Shown here: positions 1 to 14,139 of the stretch, piece after piece
Layout: every line of letters starts with the position of its first letter
Position numbering within the stretch: the stretch's first letter is position 1
Assembly: GCF_009914755.1 (NCBI RefSeq)
Contig: NC_060933.1
Origin: the human T2T-CHM13v2.0 reference genome, Homo sapiens
Length of the DNA: 64,000 bases
Direction: 5' to 3' (one strand)
Position numbers and translations under genes: made by a program
The notes under the pieces: generated by a model
The model's input: only the letters and a program-made list of their open reading frames with translations
What the model was told of the DNA's origin: nothing
The model's database searches: none

Positions 1-2869
1 GGGGAGCCCACCGTTGCCTGGATCCACTGAGGCACAGAAGCCTGAGACTTAAGAGAAGATGTTTTTGTAGCTGGCCAGGTCCCAGGGCCTGGGAGAGGAT
101 CTGCATTCAGGAAGAGCACAACAAAAGTTGGGGTGAAGGTGGGGGTCTCGATTTGTGTTGCTGTAGAAGCCAGGGCATCCAGGAACCGTCCTTTTTATAC
201 CAGTTCTGCACAAGGACAGGAGACAAAATAGCTTCTTTTTTATTGCTTCGGTGAGGAACTGAGGGGGGTGGGGACAATAGGGCAGAAAGAGGGCCACCTG
301 GCTCCCCCTCTGACTTGCCATATGACTTTGAACAAGTCCTTTCCTCATCCTCATCTGCACAGCCCTGGGTTGATTTCTAAGGTTGAGTCCAGCCCTGTCC
401 ATCAGTGATGGACGGAAAAGCAGCTACAGAACACACAACGGCCTCTCCGTTGAACACACAACACGCTCCACACAGGCACAGCCCAATCTACACAGGGCTA
501 ACAGCCTTCAAAGCTTCTCCTGCAGAGCAGATTTCTCCAAAGCCAAAGGCAAGGCCCTCGGCTAGGGCCTCTGTTGAATCAATGTCTTTGCCGCTGCCCC
601 CAGTGGCCAGCTCTACAGCCTACAAAATGTCCTGGATGGGGTTGGGGGGGGGGCCTTGGTTGGTCTCCTGCTTCCCAAGGCTAGATTCCAATTTCTTTGC
701 ATTTGTTTTTCCAAATGTGTCTGGCTCGTTCCTGGGGAGTTCTTCTCTACCCAGGAACCCCACACCCGCAGTGCCCATGGAAAAGCTATTCATTCACAAA
801 GGTCCAGTGCAAAGTTGTAGGGGCTATGGGAAACTGCTTCAACCCAAGACTCTTCGGTATACACCTGGTGTCCCCGCTTAGACCTGCTCGTGCCACACCC
901 TTCTTTTGCATCACACAATGAAAGCAATTTCTGGGCTGTAACACAGTGTTTCTAAGAGTCACACTCCAAATTGGCAAAATCCTTCCCTTGTCATCTAGAC
1001 TGAACCACTTGCTAGCAAACCATTTAAGCCTCAGTTTTCACCTCTGTAAAAGGGGCTACCGTGAGGCTCCACTGCAATTATACATGAAAGGGGCACATGA
1101 ATAGCAAAGCTCCGTCCAGGTGGGGGTTCGTCTTCTTAGCATCATTGTGAACAAGACCCCACGATGGCCACAGCGGTCAGAAACCCTGCCCTGGCAGGAC
1201 AATGCCCAAGGCATTTTTGGCCTGGGATTGCTCTTCAGGCGAAGGGTATGGTAACACAGTTGTCATTTCACATTTTTCCTTCCTCCCTCTTTTATCTCTC
1301 TTTCTCTTTTCCACTCCTTCTCTCTTCCTTTCTTTCTTTCTTTCAGCCCTGGATTTAAGTCTCCCTGTTTCGGGCCCTTTATTTGTGCCCGTTGCACATA
1401 GACTCCTTATAAAGAAAATTCATTTGTTCAGGGTCACCGCATGGTTTTTCATTAAAAACAAATTACCCGCATTCAGGGAGGACATCTGGGCTTCGCGGGT
1501 CCCATTAATGACTATATTTCCAGCCTCCCAGCCTGGTTGGGCTCCCCTTGCCTGTCACCCCGCGTTCCCGGCCCCGGGAGGACAATGAGAGTGACAGTCA
1601 AGTGAAAGGGAAAACATGAGGGATGAGGGCGAGAGGCAAGTCCCCCGAGAGGGGAAGGAGGGAAAAGTGAAAAAAATAAATAACTCAAACAGAGGGTAAC
1701 AAGGGCCATTGTCTCAGCGTCTTCCTGCTAGAAGCCAGAGCAAATATTGGAAGAAGGACTGGGGGCGTGCCAGTAGCACTCAAGCCCTGTTTAATTACAC
1801 AGTCCGACCCTAACTTGCCCTGGACTCTGGACCGGGCAAGATGGGGAGGGGCATGTGCTGTATTCAGATAAATCCCACCCACAGCTACTGAGCACCTACT
1901 GCAGGCAGCACCTACTGCAGGCAGGGCCAGGATCTGAGAGGAATTCCGGGCAGCCCTGACCTCAGACGCAGCCAGGAGACGGGCGCACGGGGTCTCTATG
2001 GCAGACCATGGGCAGTGCCCGGGGGGTGCACACAGTGGGGAGATGAGGGACTGCGGTGGGGGGCTTCCTGTAAGAGAGAGCCTTAAATTTGGGTCTAGGA
2101 GCATGTGTCAAACACAGACAGGTGAGGATGGGGAGGGAGAAAGGAATATACCAGAATTCCAAGTGTGAGCTCCGTAGCATCCCAGCAGGAAGAGCTCTTC
2201 CTGGGCCATAAAAGAACTCGAGTTAGGAAGGCCACCTATGTCCCTGAGGGAGCACCTTCCCTGGCCCCAGAGCCCATAGATAGTCTCAATTTCCTCTCAG
2301 TCTCCATGGACACCGGAGGCTCAGAGACCCTAAGTTCCAGGCGCCAAGCCCAGCTGTTCCCTGACTGGCTATCCCCCTGGCAATGCAACACCACCTCCCG
2401 AACCCAGTCAGCCTGCCTCCGAGATGGATATGCGCACTCCAACCTCACAACATGCTTTCAAATGGCAACTGGGGCTAACAGCTGTGTGTCCCTTGATAAC
2501 TCTAAAGCACCATGCAGGTTGGGGGTGGGGAAGCATGGGGCTTGTTGGTAGAATGAGCTTACGGGCATGGGTGGTTTGGCCCCATTTGAGAACACTCTCC
2601 TTTTGGAAGGCAGAAGCCAAGCTCCACTGGCTCTCACTGCCCTGAGGGCTTCGGACACTGCCAGAAGTTCTCTGGATAGCAGTATCCCAGGTGGAGTGAC
2701 CCTCAGGGTTGGAGGCAGCGGTTGGTCCAGATGAAGACTGACAGCTGTCAGGGTCTTGGAGACAGGGGCTGCAGATCCCAGCAAGCCGAAGGGAGTCAAA
2801 CTCTGACAGCCCCAGTAGATTAAAGCTGGGTTTCGGAAAGATTGCAGTAAGTACAGGAGCAAAGCACAT

Positions 2870-3345
2870 CTCAGAACCTTTGTCTTCATTGTTCCTGCTC
2901 TGCCTGAAACACTCATCTTCTCCCTCCTCACTCCACCTCCCACTGGCTAACATATGTTTCTCTCTCAACAATAAACCTGAAAATTGTCTCTTCCTAGATT
3001 CCTCCCCTGCCCTAAGGGCAGCACCAGGGATGTCTTGGAAAGCTTTAGCTGTGCCCCTATTCTTTGATGTGTTTTCTCAATCTTAGCAAAACTCTCTGCA
3101 AAAGCACCCTCAGACATGCCTCCCACCCAGCCCTACTGTACAGAGATTCCAAGCCCCTCTGTGTCTGACATCCCCAGTCTAGGCTCCATCCCCCTTCTCT
3201 GTGTTCCCAGAGTCCCTGGGCTTGCCTGTTACCACAACTGGCCCCCATAGCCCCTCACAGATTTGCCTGACAAGGGTCATGAGTTTTGATCTTGTATCCT
3301 TAGGCTACTACCTGGCACATGTAGATGCTCAATAAATGTTGGAAG
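2870..3345 (+). mobile_element. L2 LINE 3' fragment
   Basis: Ends in cctggcacatgtagatgctcaataaatgtt, the typical L2 3' terminus; the body is degenerate. Confidence 0.55.
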
Positions 3346-3371
3346 GGAGAAGGAAAGGAAGGAAGCGATAG

Positions 3372-3782
3372 TGGATGGATGGGTGGATAAATAGATGGAT
3401 GGATGGATGAATAGATGGATGGATGGATAAATGGATGGATGGATGGATGGATGGATGGATAAATGGATGGATGGATGGATAAATGGATGGATGGATGGAT
3501 GGATGGATGGATGGATGGATGGATAAATGGATGGATGGATAGATGGATAAATGGATGGATGGATGGATAAATGGATGGATGGATGGATGGATAAATGGAT
3601 GGATGGATGGATGGATGGATGGATGGATGGATGGATAAATGGATGGATGGATGGATGGATAAATGGATGGATGGATGGATGGATAAATGGATGGATGGAT
3701 GGATGGATGGATAAATGGATGGATGGATGGATGGATGGATGGATGGATGGATGGATGGATAAATGGATGGATGGATGGATGG
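3372..3782. repeat. (GGAT)n microsatellite, ~410 bp, with recurrent GGATAAAT interruptions
   Basis: Directly visible tandem repeat. Confidence 0.98.
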
Positions 3783-6559
3783 CCACTGCAACCTGATCAG
3801 CTCAAGGCCCCACAATTATTTATTATGTTCAATACATTTCAACAGGCTCTCTCCCAAGCCCCTTCTTCTAGGACACGGAGGCCCCTTTCCATTCTACCCC
3901 ACAGCACATCATGCATTAAATGCCCTATAATAATGATACTTTTCACTCTAAAAACACAAAAAGCTTATTTTTATAATTTTACTTTTGAAATTATTTGGCC
4001 ACAAGTAATCTAATTGATGATTAGCTATGAATACTCTGCAACTGAGGCACAAACTTAGAAATTCTTTTAAAGGAACAAAATCTAATCTAAAAATGGTTTT
4101 TAAATGTAATGAAATTTTTGTAAGCCCTAAATTTAATAGTTAATGAAGTTAACAACAATGTTACAATTTGTAAACATTTACTATGACATTTATTAATGTC
4201 AGTTTTCTAGTTTCCTATTTTAATTTTAGAGGTAAAAGGAGCTTTGTTTGGGCCTCAGATTGTTGTAGATTCCTAAAAAGCTCCTGGGACTTTAGCCCAG
4301 GGCCTCTCCAGGGCCCTGCACTTTCATTTAGGATCCTGTGGGAAGTCTTGGCTGGGACACCAACCTCATCTTCCAGGAGCTCAAGTCTGGTGGAGGTAGA
4401 GACGCACTCGTAAATAATGTGATAAAAAGTAAAAGAAAAGGGAAGGAGTGCATTGGGCCCCAAGCCCCTCAGATTGCTGCTGCCCAGTAGATGAAGGGGC
4501 TGGTCTGAGCCCTGGACACTCCTGCATAGGGTGCCCTCAGGGCAGGGGCTGCCTGGCCCAGGCTCCTCCTAGGACTTCAGCCTCTCCTTCCCATCCTACC
4601 TCCAGGTAAGCCAGGCCCAGAGTACTTTCTCCCTGTTTGCCCCCAACCAAGACTCAACCACAAAACAGAGGGAATTGCCACCTGCCCTCTTGACAGGCCT
4701 TTTGGCAAGCAGTGCTACTGGGAGGTGCCTGTAGCAGCGTGGCTTAAACCCCAGGCCTGGCGTCAGGCTGCTCTGCCACCTGCTGTGTGGCAGGGGCTGA
4801 GGATGGCTTCTGCTGCCACTCCGTGGGCCCTGTGCATACCCGGGCTGCAGTCCTCGTCCAGTCCTTGGCGTTTATCTCCTGGATTCATGCCCACTCTGTC
4901 TCTGGTCAGAATCTGACTTGGTCATCAGGAATTAGGATAAGAAGGCCTAAGGTTCAGCAAGGCCACTGTCCTCAGGACACCCTCACTTTGGGCTGTGTAC
5001 GTCCAGGCTCCTCTCTGCACTAATGGGGGACCCCTAACCTCTCAGGGCTGGGAGAACCTTTAAGCCCTCCAGGCCCACCTTGACCCTGCATCAGCCACCC
5101 AACGCTTAGCCCTTCCGCAAATGCTTCAGTTTCTTCTAAAGCAAATTCTGATAGCATTCCCCTTCATCTCCTAAAAAGCCATCACAGCCCAGTCGTTTTG
5201 TTTGTTGTTTGTTTTTAAGAAACACCATTAGTAGAAGGACATCAGGAAGAAATTGTAAGTCAGGATCCCAAACACATGTTCTCACATACTCATGACCAGG
5301 TTGGTGCAGTTGGATCTGGGGCCTGCCAACCACCATCAGAAGGAGCTGGAAACTGGGGAAATCTAACAAGTAGATTCAGCCCAGAGCAGCACCAAAGCTG
5401 TCCTCAGCCCCTGGCTCTGAGCTCCCCCAGCACTGCACACTTCCCAGGCGGGCCAGTGAGCACCGGCTTTGGACAGGGCACTCTCCCAGCTGAGACTCTG
5501 CTTCTCAGCTGTCCTTGCAATGGGGTTGTGAGAAATAAGAATGTTTCCCAGCACCTGTGAGCCTAGGATATTCTCTCTCCCCATCTCCATGCTCCCAAAA
5601 GGGACACTTTGCTTTCAAAGATGGAACAAATGATGGTGATCTTTACTACCTCTCTCTCACCCTAAGATTGCAGATTCCAGTCTGGGAGCCCTCCTCCCAG
5701 GTGCACAAGCCCCAAAAGCCAGCCCTGGCCTGCCCCAGCAGTTTCTGGGCCTTCCCGATCGAGACATGGGAGCAGTGTGTAAGGTTAACAAGTCCTCAGG
5801 CTCTTCTCCTTCAGTCCAGCCCTTGGAAGTGATTACCAGATTATACATGACAGCCCAGGGCCACTGTCTTATTATTCACAGCCCCAGATCTGAAGGGAAC
5901 TTGGAAGCACTTTCTGCTTACTTAGAACAGAGGTGGCAGGGCTTAGGGAGCCCTCCAGTTCGGTCAGGAGCTGTTATGAGCAGGGATAAACATCACTGAC
6001 TTAGAAACCTTGAATGGCAGGAGCAGAAAACCCCCTGGGGTGCATTCAGCCCAGCCTCCCCAGGCCCTGCCTCCTGCTTTAAGAGAGAGCAGGGAGTCCC
6101 AAGGTCATGTCTCAAGGTCATGCTGTGAGTATCTGGCAGCTAGAATCAGAACCTAGGTCTCCTAAATTCAAGTAGGACCTTCATGTCCCCAGAGTCCTTT
6201 CCATCTCTGAGGCTTTTGTAATTCTTTTCTTCCCAAATGCAGGCAAGAGCTGAGAAAGCCTACATGTGTGTATCAGTTTCTCCTCACTCCCAGCATCACT
6301 TCCGTGCAGGGTTCCTGGAGCTTTAGTCACATAGACTGTCCAGACCACCTCATTCTAGACCCCTCGTCCCCCCACCCTATGAGGGCACAGGCAACAGGCA
6401 ACCCTGGCTCTCCACATCTGCCTGGGCAGAGCCTGCCCTCTGCAAGGCTATTGGATGCTCAGCCTCATGCCCAGAGGTTTCCAGGGCTGAGGTGTGGGTG
6501 TGACTGGGACCCTTCTTCCCTAGATCCAGCCTTCCCTTCCAGCTCATCTCCCACCAGCC

Positions 6560-6975
6560 CCACAAGGCTTTGGTCACTCCCAGCTCCCTCCCTGATGCCC
6601 ATGTTCTCTGGTTCCCCTGGGGCTTCTCACGCACTGGTCCCTTACCCAACAATATCCCTCCAGCTTCACAGACTGGCAAACTCACTCTTCAAGGTCCAGC
6701 TCAAATGACCTCCTTTGAGAAGTCTTCCCTGATTTCTCCCACTCCACCCCATTGCCTCAGCAGACTCAGTGGTCCCCCTCACCTGCATTTCCCCACACTT
6801 TATAGATTCCTAGGTCTTAGCTCTTAACATTAGCACATCAGGATTTTTTTATATCCATCTCTCCAACTAGACTGTGAGCTCCCTGAGGGCAGGGGCTGTG
6901 TCGGCAGCTCCACCCCTAGCCCACAATTGGCACCAAGGGTCTCTTAGGAAATGTATGGAGAATGAATGAATGAAC
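6560..6975 (+). mobile_element. L2 LINE 3' fragment
   Basis: Contains ctagactgtgagctccctgagggcaggg and ends in a gaatgaatgaatgaa tail. Confidence 0.7.
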
Positions 6976-8459
6976 AAGTGAATGGCCACCTGCATTTCAT
7001 CGTAGCTGTGTCTAGGATTCCCCAGGGTCAAGTCTGTGTTCCTGCTGTGGCAGAGTGACTGGAGGCCACCAGAGGGCAGCAAAGAGTCAGGAACGAGCAA
7101 CAGGTGTGCACCCCAGAGGCCAGGGCCAGGTTGGCAAAGGGGTGGCGTGCCCAGGCCAGAGAGCTACCAGGAGCCCCAGCAAGGAGCTTAGAAAGAAAGT
7201 CAGGGGTCAAGGGAAGTTAGTGTTAAGAACAAAGGCTGTTCTTTCCCTGAGCAAACGCTCCCTGAGCCTGATGCTTAGGTCACGGAGGTGCCTGGAGAGC
7301 ACTGGTCCTCTCTCCATCTGATGCTCAAATCCCCACCACCAAGTTCTCACCAGTGTCCGCTGGACCCTCCCAAGTCTGCCCATTCCAATGTCTTCAGTAC
7401 TAATCATAGGAAAGGTTCTTGATACAAGGCTGGAAAAGGTGGCCCTCTGAATCCTGTTCACTACTCCCGGCCATGCCTATGGAACTGGGCAGTATATATT
7501 TTCTCCCTGTTTCACATGCTTAACCAGACCCAGAGAGTGGAAATGACATGTCAGATGGCACAGAGGTCCTGGCTGAGCTGGGCCAGGATGCTGCCTGGTA
7601 CTGCGGCCCCCACCCCTAAGCCTGCATGCTTTGCACAGAGCAGGCCTGTAGGGCAGGCAAGACGCAGAATCAGGGGTGGGCTTGCCAGACCACAAAAGAA
7701 ACCTTCTCCTCCCCGCTCCAGAACCTCAATACCCTTCCTATCTCACACAGGCGGTGTCTCCGTAACTACACAACCATCGTTTCAAACAGTAGCAAGGCAG
7801 GCTCCGAGAAGTCACAGAGCTCCTCTGTGGTCACACTGCTAATAATGGTGAAGCCACATTCTTGCCAAAGCACCCTTCGCTTCTCTTGGGGCATCTGCAT
7901 ATTTCTGTCTGGACTGGCCCTCGCCCCATGCTCCTGGGGTTCATGCACCTGTCTGCAGAAGGCCTCATCTGCATGTCTGCTTGGCCTCCAAAAGTTGCCA
8001 AGCTCAGATCCTAACCTTGCTGGCCATCAGCCTCCACTCAACAGGCTCCCCTCCCTGCCAATCCTACTTGCCTGGCCTGGGCTGGACTCCCACCCCTGGG
8101 AACCCACACCAGCCACTAGGCTTAGCCTTCTGCCCTACCGCAAAGCCCCCATCCTCCTCTCCAGATAGCCAAGCACACATGGTTCCCAGCCCAGCTCCAG
8201 GGCCACCTTTGCCAGAATGCCTTTCTCAGTTGCACCAACCACAGCTGCCTCTCTGTTTTCTGCAGACCCACTGTATTCGGAGACTGCCTGACTCCTACTT
8301 GGCAGTGCTCTCATTTCTGACTGGATTCTTCTCTAGTTGGCTTTCCCATTGATCCACAGGCTCCAGGAGGTATGAGCTCTGCTGGAGAGCTCTTGATTTG
8401 AGCGTTAGCATGCCTGCTAGGCTTCTCTGTTCACCGCCCTATCCAGCCCAGGCCCCTGT

Positions 8460-8712
8460 GTAAATAATAATAGCAATAATAATGAACACTTATGTGCCAC
8501 TCCATATGTGCCAGTCAGAATTCTAAGAGCTTTTATGTATATTACATCACTTAATGCTCACATTTATTATCAGTATCCCCATTTTATACACGAGGAGGAA
8601 ACCAGGGCCCTGAGGAGTTATGTAACTTGCCCCAAGTCACACAGCTAGTGAGAAGCAGGACTGTGACTCAGAACCAGGGAGTCTGGCTCAGGTCCATGCT
8701 CTTAACCACCCA
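8460..8712 (-). mobile_element. MIR SINE
   Basis: cccatttta...aacttgccccaagtcacacagctagt is the reverse complement of the MIR core. Confidence 0.8.
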
Positions 8713-9128
8713 GCCTCCCACTGCTTCCCCATGTGGCGGCCACTCTAACAGCGCTACCACTCCCAGCCCTGGGTCAGCCCCAGCCTCCTTGGTTGCATCA
8801 CCCCAGCCCCCAGACTCAGGGCCACAGCAAACCTAGCGAAGCTCTCCTTGGCAGCTCGGCCTAAAGTTCTCCATTTTAATTTCAGCTACTGTGTCCTGAG
8901 TGCGACTAGGTGCTAGGCACTGTGCCGGGAACTAAGGACACAACTGTGAACAAAACAGACATAGCCTTGATTATTGTACAGCTCTTACATACCATACAGA
9001 CCTGAAGAGAAGCCGGAGGGGAACGAGTAAACCACACACTAAATGACTTCAGCTGGGCTTAGTGCTGCACATGAAAAGAGCAGGAAGCTCTGGGAGAGGA
9101 ATGATAGGGGGTCCTGGTTCGGAGGGTA

Positions 9129-9600
9129 TGTGGCAGGCAGAATTGTGGCCCCCCCCAAAAATGTCCATATCATAAGCCCTAGAACCCATGATTATGTCGG
9201 ATTACATGGCAGAGGGGAATTAGGTTGCAGATAAAATGAAATTAGCTGTCCTGAACATGGGCAGATTATCCTAGATATCCAGGTGGGTCCAAGGGAAACA
9301 CAGAGCTCTCTAAGTGAATGGGGGAGGAAGGAGGGGCAGCCGGATAAAGACTCAGCCCAACATCGCCAGTTTCGACAAGGAAGGAAGGGGCCAAAAGCCA
9401 AGGAATGCCGGCAGCAGCAACAAGCTAGGACAAGAAAGCAAATCATTCCCTCCTAGCACCTCCAGAAGAAACAAGCCCTGCAGACACCTTGACTTCAGCC
9501 CAGTGAGACCTACTTCCAGAATCAGAGGGAGAAAAGTGTCTGTTGTTTTAAGTCACTCATTTGTGGTAATTTGTCACAGCAGCAACAGGAAACTCAAATA
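9129..9600 (+). mobile_element. MaLR solo LTR (MLT1D-like)
   Basis: Starts tgtggcaggcagaatt, contains gacaccttgacttcagcccagtgagacc, and ends ttgtcacagcagcaacaggaaact, all MLT1 hallmarks. Confidence 0.8.
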
Positions 9601-10657
9601 TATTTGGTCACTGGGGAAGGCCTCTCTATGGAAGGGAAACCCAGATAGGTGAGAGGGGACCAGGCAAGCTGGGCAACGAGCAGAGAGGGGCTGAGCCCTT
9701 TAAGCAGAGGAAGTTGCAGGTGCTGAGGTGGGAAGGAGCAGGCCCCTCTCACTCCCCCTGTGGTGTTCAGTGGACCCTGTGCCTTCCCGGCCCACACGGC
9801 TGCGCCCACCTCTCCTCTGGCCTCAGGCCCCCACTCCACACTGCACCCTCACCTCCTACTTCTTTAAGAAAATAAAAGCCATCAGTTTAGTGAGTGCCTC
9901 AATTGAAAGGCATCTAGAAATGATGTCCATCAATCCATGGCAAGTACAGTGCCCAGGCCCACAGGGACCCCACCTAGTGCCTTTGTGCACATTGTTCTGG
10001 TGGGCCATGAGGGATGGGGCACCCACCGGTTCCTCAAAGATAGCAACCTTTTTTTCTCAGACTTACTAAAGCCAAAGGGCAATGAACTCCCCTTCCTTTT
10101 TCCTCTAGCCCAGAATTTGTCAGAATTTCAAATGCCATGTCGATATTTGCAACCATGTTAAGATATTTGCAACCATGTTAGGTTGCAAAATATCTTCAGG
10201 CAGGAATCAACTGGTTACACCAATCAAGACACTATGAAATCTTTGGTGCAAAATTTTCGGCATTTTCTGGGACTTGATGGAAATAAAATTTGAAAACTGT
10301 TTCCTTTCTAAGCTGATATAAGATGCTATATTCGCTTTCTTCAACGTAACTGCTCTGCAAATGGTGATGCAGAGTTTACTGAATCTGCAAACCCTAGAGA
10401 AGACCAGAAGCTATGTTTTGCAGACATGGGGATGCCCTGGAGCCGGAAGGAGCAGACAACTCTGATGATGGAATCAGAAATCAAGCTGAACATGAGTCCA
10501 AGCTAACAAGCAGACATTTAGTAAGGAAAAACATGACATCCACTTTTTCAGGCTCTGCAGTGTGGCTGTGGAAGCATAGCCCAAGGCAAGCGTGCCTTCC
10601 TCTGTGTGTCCTCCAAGCACATTTACAATAAAAGCCTTCACTTGGAAATGAAGTGGT

Positions 10658-10984
<327 letters not shown>

Positions 10985-11332
10985 CTAAATGTTTTCTAAA
11001 GCCGACAGTGGGGAAAAAACACCCCGAAGATTTTGGGATTCCCTCTAGATTGCACCACCAGCCCACCAGAGGCCAGGAGGGAGTGAAACAGATCTCACAG
11101 TGAAACAGATCATTGCAGCATAGCAACCTCAGAGAGACAAAAGCAAGAGACACAGGTGTCCCAGAGCCTTGCTTCACTTGTTTCTCCAAACATGCCAACA
11201 GGCCCTCGGGGTCAATGCAATGGCATCATCATCTTCAGCACCGTCACAATTCAGTGGATGCCTTCAGGATTCAGAAGCCCGAGAGGTCACAAATCAGCAT
11301 CTGAACAAACACTGAGTTGAAGTTCTCAAGCG

Positions 11333-11841
11333 TGTTGTGGCACATCCATGCCCTACTCCCTGGAGCCTGATATAGGGAGGCTCCTTATATGTAACCTGTG
11401 AATGTGACTCCCCGTGAAAGGAAAAAAGGGGTCTTTGCAGATGTGATTGACTAAGGATCTTGCGATGGGGAGATCATCCTGGATCCTCCAGGTATGACCT
11501 AAATGCATATGTATCCCTATAACAGAGAAGAGGCAGATTCGACACACAGAGTAGAAGGCAACCTGAAGATGGAGCAGGGAAACACTGAAAACTCCTGCCT
11601 TGGAGCAATGCAGCTGCAGCCAGGGAATGCCGGGAACGAACCACAAAACCTGGAGGAGGAAGGAAACAGATCTTTCCCCAGGGCCTCCAGAGGGAGCATA
11701 GCCCTGGCGACACCTTGATTTTGGCCCAGTGATACTGACTTCAGACTCCTGTGCTCCAGAACTATAAGAGAACACAGTTCTGTGGTTTTAAGCCACCAGG
11801 TTTGGGGAGATTTGTTACAGTAGCCACAGGAAACTAACACA
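11333..11841 (+). mobile_element. MaLR solo LTR (MLT1B/C-like)
   Basis: Contains gggtctttgcagatgtgatt and gacaccttgattttggccc; ends ttgttacagtagccacaggaaactaacaca. Confidence 0.85.
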
Positions 11842-14139
11842 CAGGTCCATATAATTTCCCTCTCCTCCCTCCCTTAGCCAACATTCACAAAGATAACTTG
11901 ATACGTGTTAGGGGCCATGAAGGGTGCAGAGACTAATAAGGTCCCAGTGAGAGTGATGGACGTGGCGTAGGGGGCTGTGCCTTGAACACGTTGGGTCATG
12001 TGATGTGGCAGAGCCAGGCACAAGCATCTTCCCCCAGAGGGGGGGCCATCTGGGAAGGCTTTTCTGAGCAGGTGAGGTTTGCATTCAGCCCTGAAGGGTG
12101 TTGCTGGATTCTGACAGGTCAAGGTGGGAAGCTATTCAAGAATGATGAAGGAACTGATGGGTGAGAGTCCAAGGTGTGCTGGGCACCAGACAGCAGTCAG
12201 GGTTGGGGAGGCTGGGAGAGGAGGCCAGAAAGGCAAGTTGAGGCCAACCACGGTGAGGCCTGACAGCCCAGGGCCCCTGCTCTGCCAAAAGGTGGGCCCT
12301 CTCTGTTCTGTGGGACAGTGCCGGGGGTAGTGTCTGCAAAAACAATGTCCACAGGCCACCCAAGAAACAGATTTGGAAACTTTGTTGGAAACAAGAGTCC
12401 CAAAGACCTGACCCTGTTTGGCCATTGAGAAACAGGAACTAAGGGCTGTGCGGCTGAGCTTGGAATCCCAGCCCTGACGCCAGGCATGGCACTGAATAAA
12501 TGCTGGGAGATGCATGAGAAGAGACAGCAAGGAGGCTGGGGCAAGAGGAGAAAGAGGAAAAGACGGAGGAAGAGGAGACAGAGAGATGCAGAAGGAAAGA
12601 ATGGAGGGAGAGAGAGAAGGAAGAAGTCATGGGCTCCCAGGCAGCAGGCTCCTCTGCCGAAGTGCTTGTTTCCTCCCTCCACACTCGTGCACCCTCCTCT
12701 GTGCCCAAGGACAGAGTCCCATGGGGCCCTGGGGCTGCCCCTGTCCAGCTGCTGCCAGGCTTGGTGAAGCTGTGCCCCTGCTCGGGCCTGTGATTCCTGC
12801 TGCCCTGTTAATGGGCAAAGAGTCGCCATCCATTCCCACTGGAGGCTCTGCCAGGCCTGCAGCCATCTGTGTCTTGAGCCTGGTAATTAGGGCTGGAGGA
12901 ATCCTGGTGGCCAGAGGGCAGGCTCTGTTTGGATAAACTTGGCAAAGTTCAGCTGCTTCTCTGAACTCAGCCTCTTTGGGGTTTCCAGTGGGGGGCTGAG
13001 AGGACCGGCTGGGTGGCCTCAGCTTCACCACTGACATGCTCTCAGAACAGGTTCCGGGGCTGTCCCTGTCCCTCTGTCATCACAGATAAGCTGGAGTTGA
13101 CTGATTCAGAGAGCACACCCAGGCAGCCCAGGGCACAGGAAGAAGTGCCTCCCTGGGTGTGGGGAGTGCTGGGAGGGAGGTAGAAGGGGCCAAAGACTGG
13201 GGTTCAAGTCCTCCTCCTGCAAGCTGCACAGCCCCCCAGAAATTCCCTGGCTTCTCCGGGGCTTCTCTGGCCCTTTTGGAAAACAGGGATTACTCTCCTA
13301 ACCCTGCCCCCCTTGCAGGACTGTTGCGTCATAGCACTCAGGGGAAGTCCGTGTTCTATAAGGCACTACATAAATGCGACGGGCCATCCATGGACGCGGC
13401 TTGGGGTCCATCTCCCAAGGCCGCCTGGACGTGCTAAAGGTTGGAAAATGAGGAGCCGGTGGGGCGGGGCAAGGGGAAGGGTGGTGTGTGTCCCACCACC
13501 TCTGTGATCTGCCACAGGTCCATCCTTGCAGCAGACCAAAGTTTTGCAGGCAGGAACCTGGCAGGCCTCCCTGGCATTGGCAAGGCCCAGGACAAGAGTA
13601 CACTCGGAGGCCGTTTCCCATGTGTCTCATATTTAAAAGTCATCAATCAAGCTAGCAAATCGTTAAATGAAATATGCTCCATCCTCCTACCTTGTTAAAT
13701 ACATCTTCGAAACAACCTGGAAGGCCAGGATCGAATGTAGAATTCTGGGCCTTCTGGGCGTTCTGTGCCAGGATGTGGCCATAGGGGAGCCAGCCTAGCT
13801 AAGATCCGTCCTGCTGAGCTCCCCACCCTGGGATCCTCATCACCACGTGGGGCCTTGCACACGCATGTGTGGACACCCAGCCCGCACATCCAAGCTCCGT
13901 CCACACTCTCGACAGAGAGCCGGGCCTCGGGCCCAGGGATGCACACACCAGTGACATGGGCTGGCTTTAGGAGGATGGCCCGGGGGAAGAGACTTGGGCC
14001 TATTTGGGTGGGACTCCAGCATGAGCTAGAAAGAGGGGTGTGGTTATGTCCGTTTGGCCCTGCAGGCTCTCCCCAGTGCATGGGAGAGTGGGCATGGCTT
14101 CAGCAGGGCTGAAGTGGGGCCCTCTAAGGGGTGGCTCCC

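Noticed and set aside
3277-4013. ORFs of 81-171 aa with IHPS/MDGW repeats
   Set aside because: These are translations of the (GGAT)n microsatellite, which lacks stops in some frames.
6100-6120. Tandem CAAGGTCA nuclear-receptor half-sites
   Set aside because: They lie within a MIR-like fragment whose consensus already contains this motif; no independent support.
12197-12936. Cluster of 90-210 aa ORFs
   Set aside because: Low-complexity GA-rich and GC-rich intron sequence with no domain resemblance or splice support.
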